A stretch of DNA of 53,963 nt, from NCBI GenBank assembly GCA_043738845.1, contig JAYUFG010000580.1, positions 1 to 53,963 of the forward strand. The letters are read 5' to 3'. The stretch is from Planctomycetaceae bacterium (GTDB lineage Bacteria > Planctomycetota > Planctomycetia > Pirellulales > DASRSE01). The notes beneath the pieces are model-generated. The model was not told the origin of the DNA. It worked only from the letters and a program-made list of their open reading frames with translations, and did no database searches. Positions 24,765-32,551 of the stretch are shown piece after piece; the stretch's first letter is position 1, and every line of letters starts with the position of its first letter. The translations under genes and the position numbers were made by a program.

Positions 24765-25538
24765 ATGTCGAAGAAAGACCCCGAGGAACAGCGACGCAAA
24801 AAGAAGCGGGCTGAACAAAAGCGCAAGGCCCGACAGGTCGAGTCAATGGCCTATCTCGGCGAGAAATACAAGAAAGACAAATTCATCCCGACCTGGATGC
24901 ACACCGAAATCGGCATCTACCAGACCTACGTCATGTCGGATCGAAAGTTATGCGATCACATCGTTTCCGCCGCCCTGGAGAACCTCATCCGGCAAATGCG
25001 AGCCGGGGCTTTGCCGCCGTTGCCGGAAGGCTCGGACGTGCATTACGAAGTTGGCTGCGAGGAAGACCTGCTAATCGAAAATGTTCGCCGTTGCTGGAGA
25101 GATTGTTTCGCCACGGAATGGCAACCTCCAAAAGATGACTTGATCGGCGTCCTCCGCACGATTCTCAGCTCGATTCAAAAGGTTAAAACGCCCGGAACTC
25201 AGTCGCAAAGCTATTTGAAGCACATTGCCGGATTTCTGACCAAACAACTTGGCGTTTCGGTCCAACGCTTTTCCGCCGATTATGAGTCTCTACCGACGCC
25301 AGACGAAGATGAATTGGTGAGAATCGGACGCCAATGGTATGCGCATGACGATCAAAAAGCACGAACTGATTTTTTTGAACAGGCCGCGTATTTGACGAAA
25401 AACGGGCAGGCCAGCCGAGTGATCGAAGCGTGTCATCTGCTGGCGAGCGAAATTTCCGACTCAGAATCGAATACGGTGAAGGAACTGCTTAACCTAAGCC
25501 ACCAAGCTCGAAATTCACTCATGACGGCGATGGGATGA
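24765..25538 (+). CDS. hypothetical protein (257 aa) with basic N-terminus
   Basis: The ATG at 24765 is preceded by GGAAGGAG (SD-like). The N-terminus is MSKKDPEEQRRKKKRAEQKRKARQ. I recognise no domain. Confidence 0.65.
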   Translation: MSKKDPEEQRRKKKRAEQKRKARQVESMAYLGEKYKKDKFIPTWMHTEIGIYQTYVMSDRKLCDHIVSAALENLIRQMRAGALPPLPEGSDVHYEVGCEEDLLIENVRRCWRDCFATEWQPPKDDLIGVLRTILSSIQKVKTPGTQSQSYLKHIAGFLTKQLGVSVQRFSADYESLPTPDEDELVRIGRQWYAHDDQKARTDFFEQAAYLTKNGQASRVIEACHLLASEISDSESNTVKELLNLSHQARNSLMTAMG

Positions 25539-25813
25539 CCGGATCGCTCAATCGTTGAGTCCTGCTCTTCTGCTACATAAACTGCGGCGGCGACCTTCGA
25601 CATCATCTGCATCGTGCGCCGGGCAGGAAGAAGCGGAAGGTTCTTCAAGCCGAGCCGAATGACGATCACTTCAGCTTGGCCGATTTGCAATGTCTGGCAA
25701 TTTATACTGAATGCTGTTCGTCTTCTCGTCGTCGCGGCCGACGGCTTAATTCGCCCCGCACGAATACCTCCGTGTCACTGAACGCATAAAGTCACAGCGG
25801 AACTTCGAGAAGT

Positions 25814-26152
25814 TTACAACGCGCTTTCGCCCGTTTCTCGGGTGCGGATGCGGACCGTATCGACGAGGGCCGTGACGAAAATTTTGCCATCGCCGATTTT
25901 GCCGGTGTTGGCGGCGGCCACAATCGCATCCAGAATTTTGGGCAGATTGGAATCGGAAACGGCGACCTCGACTTTGACCTTGGGGACGAAATCGACGGCG
26001 TACTCGGTCCCGCGATACGTTTCCGAATGACCTTTTTGGCGACCGAACCCGCGGACCTCGGTAATCGTCATCCCGTGGTGGCCGAGCGCGATAAGAGCTT
26101 TTTTGATTTCTTCGACTTTGTGATGGCGGACGATGGCCTCAATCTTTTTCAT
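25814..26152 (-). CDS. glnB: nitrogen regulatory protein P-II
   Basis: MKKIEAIVRHHKVEEIKKAL..ITEVRGFGRQKGHSETYRGTEY (T-loop)..GKIGDGKIFV. The ATG at 26152 gives a canonical 112-aa protein. Confidence 0.95.
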   Translation of the reverse strand: MKKIEAIVRHHKVEEIKKALIALGHHGMTITEVRGFGRQKGHSETYRGTEYAVDFVPKVKVEVAVSDSNLPKILDAIVAAANTGKIGDGKIFVTALVDTVRIRTRETGESAL

Positions 26153-26293
26153 GGCGTGCATTCTCCCAGTGAAAACAGCGAACAGAGTGGTTGGATGGGC
26201 GGAGCTTATTCTAACGCGCGGTTGGCGGAGGGGAAACCGTTTTGCGGGTATTAAGGACGATAATCAATAATCCACGATAGTCAATAATCCTGG

Positions 26294-27442
26294 TCAACCC
26301 TGACCCGCATCCAGCCGAGGCGTTTTCCACAACCGGGCGTATTCGTGCTGTAAAAAACGGTCGGTCATGCCGGCCAGATAATCGGCAACTGTGCGAGCCA
26401 GACCCACCAGCGGCACGCGAGCCAGAAAACTCTCCGGCAACAGGGTCGGCTCTCCAACGAACCGATGGAACATTTCCCGCAACATCCCTTGGCACTCCGT
26501 CCGCATTTGCAATACGCGGGGATGACGATAAACGCGGGCGTGTAAGAATTTTTCGAGTTCGATTTTTTTCGTCGCCAACTCTCGGTCGGGGGTGATGATC
26601 GGTTCAGCCTGACGAACGTCGGCGACGGTTTTGATATCGCCCCGCGCAAGACGTTGCTCCGCTCGCGTGAGCAAATCGCCGACTTGCCAATCGATCAGTT
26701 CGTGCAACACAGCGCGTCGCAATTCCGCACCGCTCAAATCGTAATAGCGATTGAGAACCCTGCCCGCGGCTTCACACCACAGCGGAAGTTCCAAAAGTTC
26801 ATCGAGGGTCAACAAACCAAGTTGCAAGGCATCGTCGGCGTCGTGCGTGTCGTAGGCAATACTGTCGGCTGCATCGACAACCTGTGCTTCGAGCAGCGGG
26901 CGTTGCTTGGTGGAAAGTTTTTCGGTGCGGGATTGTTGACCGGCCAAAACTTCGAGCGACAGATTCAAGCCTGGAAAATCGGGATAACGTCGTTCGAGTT
27001 CCTCGACGATTCTCAGTGCCTGACGGTTGTGCGAAAAGCCCCCTTCGTTTTGTAAACACTCGTGGAGCACATCTTCGCCCGAGTGACCAAAGGGTGGATG
27101 CCCAATGTCGTGCATCAGCACGAGGGCTTCGATCAGGTCTTCATTCAGACGCAACGCTCGACCGAGCGTGCGAGCAATCGAGGCGGCTTCCAGCGTGTGG
27201 GTCAAACGGCTGCGGTGATAATCGCCGAATTCGCCGGTGAAGACTTGCGTTTTGTAACTCAACCGACGAAAGGCGGCACTGTGCAAAATCCGGTCGCGGT
27301 CGCGCTGATACGGCCCGCGGTACGAATGTTGTGGCTCGACATGTTTGCGGCCCGCCGATTCGATACTGTGCATCGCATACGGCGCAAGCAACACCGCTTC
27401 ACGGGCAGCGATCAGATCGTGATTGGAATCAGCGGGGGGCAT
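26294..27442 (-). CDS. dGTP triphosphohydrolase-like HD-domain protein
   Basis: Motifs RDRDRILHSAAFRRLSYKTQVF, RLTHTLEAASIARTLG and LMHDIGHPPFGHSGE. Starts at the ATG at 27442 (MPPADSNHDL). Confidence 0.9.
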   Translation of the reverse strand: MPPADSNHDLIAAREAVLLAPYAMHSIESAGRKHVEPQHSYRGPYQRDRDRILHSAAFRRLSYKTQVFTGEFGDYHRSRLTHTLEAASIARTLGRALRLNEDLIEALVLMHDIGHPPFGHSGEDVLHECLQNEGGFSHNRQALRIVEELERRYPDFPGLNLSLEVLAGQQSRTEKLSTKQRPLLEAQVVDAADSIAYDTHDADDALQLGLLTLDELLELPLWCEAAGRVLNRYYDLSGAELRRAVLHELIDWQVGDLLTRAEQRLARGDIKTVADVRQAEPIITPDRELATKKIELEKFLHARVYRHPRVLQMRTECQGMLREMFHRFVGEPTLLPESFLARVPLVGLARTVADYLAGMTDRFLQHEYARLWKTPRLDAGQG

Positions 27443-27538
27443 ATTGGTTTTTCGTTTTTTGTATTGCGTTCCACTCGTTTTGTTGCCCACCAAGCCGACG
27501 CCCAGGCGTCGATCAACTCCCGGGTTCTTCAGAATTGC

Positions 27539-28075
27539 CTACTCGCTCTTCAACTCTGCTGTGATCGCCTCCCATAAACTCTCGAGCGATTGGGGAATGA
27601 CTCGCACGCCCGCCATAACGGGCATGAAACTGTTGTCTCCAGCCCAGCGGGGAACTATGTGCCAGTGCAGATGTCCCGGCACTCCCGCCCCGGCCACGTG
27701 TCCCAAATTCAAACCGACATTAAAACCGCCCGGCTGAAGAAGTTTTTCCAACAGGTTCGACATTTTCGTGAGCATCGCCATGCAGTCGAGATGCTCCTCG
27801 GGCGTGAGTTGGTCGAGTCGCGCCTTGTGCAACTGTGGCGCGATCATGAGATGCCCATTGTTATAAGGATAACGGTTCAACACGACCAACGTCTGGGTCG
27901 AACGATGCACGACGAGATTTTGCCGGTCGGCCGAATCGACCATTCCCCGACAGAGAAAGCAATGAGTATCGGCGTTCGGCAGAAACGTCAATTCCGCTTC
28001 TGGCGTTTGGGGAGGTCGGTCGGTTCCCTTGATATATCCCAACCGCCAGGGTGCCCAGATTTGATCGTGAAACAC
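27539..28075 (-). CDS. HIT-family nucleotide hydrolase/phosphorylase
   Basis: Histidine triad GHLHWHIVPRW and the NRYPYNNGHLMIAP block. GTG start at 28075. Confidence 0.9.
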   Translation of the reverse strand: MFHDQIWAPWRLGYIKGTDRPPQTPEAELTFLPNADTHCFLCRGMVDSADRQNLVVHRSTQTLVVLNRYPYNNGHLMIAPQLHKARLDQLTPEEHLDCMAMLTKMSNLLEKLLQPGGFNVGLNLGHVAGAGVPGHLHWHIVPRWAGDNSFMPVMAGVRVIPQSLESLWEAITAELKSE

Positions 28076-28307
28076 AGGACAGCACTCCGCAGACTCGATA
28101 GAACAACAAAGAATAAATATCAGAAAAACAGTCTATCGTAGTGGGTCGGACGGAGCAAATCGTCTTCCAGGAACAAAGCCGGACGAATGAACGGTCTTGA
28201 ATTCAGCTTGCAAAGCCAGCAAGGTATCACAAGAGGAGAAGATTCTCGACGGCAGTACCTGACCTTGTTGGCGATTGAGCCAAAGGATGGTTCGCTCACC
28301 TGTGAGA

Positions 28308-28850
28308 TTATGGTGTCCTATGACCGGATGCAAGCCGTCGCTCGGCGAAGTATGGGGCAGGCCAAAGAGTGCGGACTAATTGTACCGGCGATCCTGACAC
28401 CCCCCGTCTTCCGTTGGATTCTGCAACTCGTTTCAAGCAGCCCGTAACTTCAAACGCTGACTTTGCCAAACGGATGTTGCTTTTGGCTCGCCCTTCAATA
28501 CCGTTCGAGCCAGTGGCGACTGCATCAAATTTCTGGCTAAGCCCGACCCCTTCTTCGCAGAACGGATCGACGATTTGGTGACGGTTTATAACAGCCAAGA
28601 GACGGGCGAATGGATTGGCTCGTTGCTCAAAGGCGTTTCCAAGTTTTGCGCCGAAATGGCACAGCGAATGCCTAGTTTTCAAATCGAAATCCAGGACGGC
28701 CCGGTCCGCTTGGTGCATATTTTTCGTGCCCGGCTTTGGTCGCGCGACCACGACCCGCATGGTCTCGTCACGCTCGCTTATCGCAAGCTTATTGAGGTTG
28801 CTGGTGAAACTGTCGTAGACAGCAAGTTGTACCGCTCGTAGCAAAACCAT
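28308..28850 (-). CDS. possible hypothetical protein (coding strand uncertain)
   Basis: This is the 3' part of track ORF 28308..29297. The ATG at 28850 (MVLLRAVQLAVYDSF..) lies 23 bp after the pentapeptide gene stop, which fits a same-strand operon. However, plus-strand ORFs cover the same DNA and I recognise no domain on either strand. Confidence 0.3.
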   Translation of the reverse strand: MVLLRAVQLAVYDSFTSNLNKLAISERDETMRVVVARPKPGTKNMHQADRAVLDFDLKTRHSLCHFGAKLGNAFEQRANPFARLLAVINRHQIVDPFCEEGVGLSQKFDAVATGSNGIEGRAKSNIRLAKSAFEVTGCLKRVAESNGRRGVSGSPVQLVRTLWPAPYFAERRLASGHRTP

Positions 28851-28873
28851 CGGCGATGATTTTATCGCACTGT

Positions 28874-29503
28874 CTATCCCCAAAAATGCCACCAGTGGCC
28901 TTTGGCGTGATGCAGGCCGGGTGTGGTCGAGGTGCGGTTGCCAAAGGCGTCGGTGGTGTTTTGCATTTTCGCCCGGGCCCATTTCGCACAGGCCACGTTG
29001 GCCCCGTTCATGTTCGCGTCGGTCAGGTTGACGCCGTGGAGAATCGCGCCGGACAGATCGGTGCAGCGGAGATTGCACTTGGTCAAATTGGCGTCGGTGA
29101 AATTTGCCCGCAAGTCGGCCATGCTCAAGTCGGCTTCCGTGAGATCGGCACCGGTCAAGTTTGCGCCCGACAGTTTGGCATATCGCAGATTTGCGTGAAA
29201 CAATTTCGCTCCGGAAAGGTCGGCGGCGGTCAGCATCGCGTTTGAGAAATCGGTTCGCGAGAGATTGGCGTGATTGAGGGTCGCCCGCGAGAGGCAAGCC
29301 TCGGTCACTTCCGCACCGGACAGGTCGGCGTTGCGAAGATCGGCCTCACGCAGGTCGCAATTTTTGAGGATTGCGCCGTGCAGATCAAGCCCCGCCAAAT
29401 TCGCGCCAGTCAACTTGGCGGCGATCAGTTTCACGCCGACGAGTGTATCCGCGTCGATGCGCAACAGGACCACGCCGGTCGTGCGATGTTTGATTTCGAT
29501 CAT
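28874..29503 (-). CDS. pentapeptide repeat protein
   Basis: Continuous A(D/N)LxG-type pentapeptides (GANLAGLDLHGAILKNCDLREADLRNADLSGAEV...). Confidence 0.9.
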   Translation of the reverse strand: MIEIKHRTTGVVLLRIDADTLVGVKLIAAKLTGANLAGLDLHGAILKNCDLREADLRNADLSGAEVTEACLSRATLNHANLSRTDFSNAMLTAADLSGAKLFHANLRYAKLSGANLTGADLTEADLSMADLRANFTDANLTKCNLRCTDLSGAILHGVNLTDANMNGANVACAKWARAKMQNTTDAFGNRTSTTPGLHHAKGHWWHFWG

Positions 29504-29645
29504 ATTCGCAGTTTCCTCCGCAGAAAGCGATATTTCTATTATAGCAAGGTGCGGTTACGATTGTATTCCCTTCCGGACCGGGGATTTTGCCGAAATTCGC
29601 GGCGGGTGGCTTTGTCATCGGGCACATTCAAGAACGGGATCGCAC

Positions 29646-30524
29646 ATGACATTTCGCGTCGAGTTGGACATCTTTCGAGGACCAATGGACCTATTGCTGT
29701 ACTTGGTCCGCAAGCACGAAGTCGAAGTGCTCGATTTGCCGATTGCGCCCATCGCCGAACAATTCGTCCAACATCTGGAAGTGCTGGAGCAACTGGACGT
29801 GAATTCAGTCGGCGATTTTTTGGAGATGGCCAGCACGCTGCTCGAGATCAAGTCGCGACTGGTTCTGCCGCGAAATGAAGAGGTTGAGGAAACGATTGAC
29901 GACCCTCGTCAGGAACTCGTGCAACGGTTGCTTGAGTACAAGCAATTCAAAGATGCGGCCAGTATACTGGAAGAACGCAGCCGCCGGTGGCAACAGCGTT
30001 TTCCTCGCCTCACCGACGACTTGGCCGAAGGACTGCCGGGCGGCGAGGAAGAACAGTTTCAAGAGGTCGAGTTGTGGGATCTCGTGAGCGCGTTCGGTCG
30101 CATCTTGCGCGAGTCGGCGACAAGTCAACCGGCGAGTATTGTCTACGACGACACTCCGATTCATCTTCACATGCAACGAATTTTTGACGAACTACGCAGC
30201 AAAGGCCGGCTGAGCTTTACGCACCTGTTTCAGCCGGGCCAACACAAATCGTCACTCATCGGCATTTTCCTGGCGATTTTGGAACTGGTCCGCAATCATG
30301 GTGTGATCACCGATCAGAACCAACTGTTCGGCGAAATCTGGATCGTCCCAGGCCGCACGGAAACGGACCCCGCCACAATCGCCCCGGTCGAAACGTATGA
30401 ACACGGTTCGTCGGTCGCTAATCCAAACAATGCGAACCCGACCGCTGAAGCATCCGCCATGCCGACCGATGAATCCACACCCGCTGCGAAACCACCTCGC
30501 AAGAGTCAGAAACGGGCGAAGTAG
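29646..30524 (+). CDS. scpA: segregation and condensation protein A
   Basis: The ATG at 29646 gives MTFRVELDIFRGPMDLLLYLVRKHEVEVLDLPIAPIAEQF, the canonical ScpA N-terminus. The track ORF start at 29274 lies antisense to the pentapeptide gene. Confidence 0.9.
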   Translation: MTFRVELDIFRGPMDLLLYLVRKHEVEVLDLPIAPIAEQFVQHLEVLEQLDVNSVGDFLEMASTLLEIKSRLVLPRNEEVEETIDDPRQELVQRLLEYKQFKDAASILEERSRRWQQRFPRLTDDLAEGLPGGEEEQFQEVELWDLVSAFGRILRESATSQPASIVYDDTPIHLHMQRIFDELRSKGRLSFTHLFQPGQHKSSLIGIFLAILELVRNHGVITDQNQLFGEIWIVPGRTETDPATIAPVETYEHGSSVANPNNANPTAEASAMPTDESTPAAKPPRKSQKRAK

Positions 30525-30750
30525 AGCTTTCTATTTTTCGTTCTTGCCCGTTCGCAGGAGGTGTGACGATGAACTGGTACAACCGGCGTCCCACCGCTTC
30601 CGTGACGCGGTGGGACGCCGCGCGAACGAGGGGGGACGATAAGATTCTCAAAATTATTTTTCCAAAGGCTCCAATATCGTTAAAGACCCGGCGAATAACT
30701 ATCCCAGGACGGGTTTACTTTCACTTTTCGCCGCACGGGAGGGTCTGGTT

Positions 30751-31554
30751 ATGATTCGCAAGTTCATTATCGCTGGGTTGGGTTGCACGGTGTTGGGTTG
30801 GCTCTGTTTCGGCCGGGATATCGGCAGCTATTACAACACGGCGGTTGGAAAAATCAAAAACACCGCCAAGGACAGCGTTCCCGTCCAATTTGAAATTGAT
30901 CGCGCTCGCCAAATGGTCAAAGACCTGGCTCCCGAAATTCAAAAGAATATGCAGGTCATTGCCAAAGAAGAGGTCGAAGTCGAACGGCTCGAAAAGCAAA
31001 TCAAAGACTCCGACGACCGCCTCAACAAGGACCGAAACGATTTGTCGCGGTTGAAAAACGATCTGTCGTCGGGCAAGAGCGAATTCACCTACGGCGGCCG
31101 GACGTTCACCGTCACGCAAGTGAAGTGCGACCTGGGCAATCGTCTCGAACGCTGCAAGACCAACGACGCTACTGTCACAAGTCTCAAGCAAGTGCTGCAA
31201 GCTCGGACCAATGGTCTCGACGCTGCGAAGCAAAAGCTCGAAGGGATGTTGGCCGCCAAGCGTCGGCTGGATGTGGAAGTCGAAAATCTCGACGCTCGCC
31301 AAAAGGCGGTCGAAGTTGCTCAAACGACGAGCGAATACTCGTTCGACGATAGTCACCTAAGCCGGGTGAAGGAACTGATTACTGATCTACGTTGCCGCAT
31401 CGACGTTTCGGCCAAGATGCTCAACGCTCAAGAGACGATCAAGGATCAAATTCCGCTCGACACGCCGAATGCGGGTAACGTGGTGGACGAAGTCGCCGCA
31501 TATCTTGGTCAATCGACCGTAAAGGTCGCCTCGGTGGAAAAAGCTGCGGAGTAG
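30751..31554 (+). CDS. membrane-anchored coiled-coil protein (weakly PspA/IM30-like)
   Basis: N-terminal TM segment (FIIAGLGCTVLGWLCF), then heptad-rich sequence (IDRARQMVKDLAPEIQKNMQVIAKEEVEVERLEKQIKD...). The PspA resemblance is only architectural. Confidence 0.75.
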   Translation: MIRKFIIAGLGCTVLGWLCFGRDIGSYYNTAVGKIKNTAKDSVPVQFEIDRARQMVKDLAPEIQKNMQVIAKEEVEVERLEKQIKDSDDRLNKDRNDLSRLKNDLSSGKSEFTYGGRTFTVTQVKCDLGNRLERCKTNDATVTSLKQVLQARTNGLDAAKQKLEGMLAAKRRLDVEVENLDARQKAVEVAQTTSEYSFDDSHLSRVKELITDLRCRIDVSAKMLNAQETIKDQIPLDTPNAGNVVDEVAAYLGQSTVKVASVEKAAE

Positions 31555-31604
31555 GACACGACACACGGGGTGGCTCAGGTTGATTTCCGATCTGGGCCAC
31601 CCCT

Positions 31605-31691
31605 GTAGGTCAGGCCTGTGGCCTGACAATGCACGGTTTAGCTCTCTCAACCGAAATGTCCACTCCTTGTCAGGCCACGGGCCTGACCTAC
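31605..31691. repeat. REP-A bipartite palindromic element (A1)
   Basis: Left arm GTAGGTCAGGCCTGTGGCCTGACA (31605..31628) and right arm TGTCAGGCCACGGGCCTGACCTAC (31668..31691). The arms match 23/24 as an inverted repeat. Each arm is itself a hairpin (GTCAGGCC-tgt-GGCCTGAC). Confidence 0.9.
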
Positions 31692-31728
31692 GGTCTTGTC
31701 TCAAGTAGAATGGAACGGTCCTGTGAAG

Positions 31729-32391
31729 ATGCCCAGCTCGTATCATCCGACCCGCTTTCCCCGACTGCGTTTTCCGCGCTTCGAGATTCCCGTGAGCCGA
31801 CCAACGAACCACTTGCGATTTCTCCTCTGGATTGATGCGGTCGGCGGTTATTGGGTCTGTGGCGGAGACGAAGTCGTGCTGGGGCAGCCGTCGCCCGACA
31901 ATGATGTCGATGTACCGATCCTGGGCGACCTGTCCCGCCGTCATGCGATTGTGCGACGGGATGGCGAGGGTTATTTGCTGCAACCGTTGCGAGATGTTCG
32001 GGTGAATGGTCAGCTTGTAACGACGCCGGTCTGGTTGTCGAATCATTGCGTGATTGAGTTAGGTCCGTCGGTGCAGTTGCGATTCTCGCGGCCGCATCCT
32101 TTAAGTGCCACGGCTCGACTCGATTTTGTGAGCCGTCATCGCACGACGCCCGCTGCGGACGCTATATTATTATTGGCAGAATCGTGCATCCTTGGCCCGC
32201 AAGCTTCGAGCCATGTTGTCTGTCGCGATTGGAGCCAAGAAGTGGTGCTGCATCGACAAGAAGAAACGCTTCGCTGTCGTGGTCCGCAGAACTTGATGAT
32301 CGACGGAAGACCATCGGGCGGTCGCGGCGAATTACAATTCAATTCACAAGTAGTCGGCAGTGATTTTTCGTTTAGCTTGGAAAAGGTGTGA
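31729..32391 (+). CDS. FHA domain-containing protein
   Basis: ATG at 31729; the TTG track start at 31696 lies inside REP-A. FHA-like block VVLGQPSPDNDVDVPILGDLSRRHAIVRRDGEGYLLQPLRDVRVNGQLV, plus a second degenerate FHA-like half. Confidence 0.8.
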   Translation: MPSSYHPTRFPRLRFPRFEIPVSRPTNHLRFLLWIDAVGGYWVCGGDEVVLGQPSPDNDVDVPILGDLSRRHAIVRRDGEGYLLQPLRDVRVNGQLVTTPVWLSNHCVIELGPSVQLRFSRPHPLSATARLDFVSRHRTTPAADAILLLAESCILGPQASSHVVCRDWSQEVVLHRQEETLRCRGPQNLMIDGRPSGGRGELQFNSQVVGSDFSFSLEKV

Positions 32392-32551
32392 GGAAACAGC
32401 GAACATTGAACAGTGAACATTCAACAAGGAATTCGATACGCAAGCCACAATGACGACGTAAGCACATTCCCCGTTCAATGTTGAATGTTCACTGTTCACT
32501 GCTTCCCATTCATCGTTCATCGTTCATCGTTCCTAATTCATCATTTCCCCC
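32388..32551 (+). repeat. REP-E full cassette (E2) filling the FHA-stop to kinase-ATG interval
   Basis: GTGAGGAAAC (32388..32397) contains the FHA TGA (32389..32391). A perfect 20-bp stem is formed by TGAACAGTGAACATTCAACA (32407..32426) and 32479..32498. The tail CCCATTCATCGTTCATCGTTCATCGTTCCTAATTCATCATTTCCCCC ends at 32551, directly before the ATG at 32552. Confidence 0.9.

Noticed and set aside
28851-29297. Upstream two-fifths of track ORF 28308..29297
   Set aside because: It is antisense to the pentapeptide-repeat gene, and the low-complexity repeat keeps the antisense frame open by chance. Only the part downstream of 28850 is retained, as a low-confidence candidate.
30721-31356. 211-aa minus-strand ORF (likewise 12603..13208, 14106..14717, 39303..39944, 8724..9251)
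   Set aside because: Each is antisense to a better-supported sense gene (the coiled-coil protein, PH-domain protein, GNAT, substrate-binding protein and TPR protein respectively).
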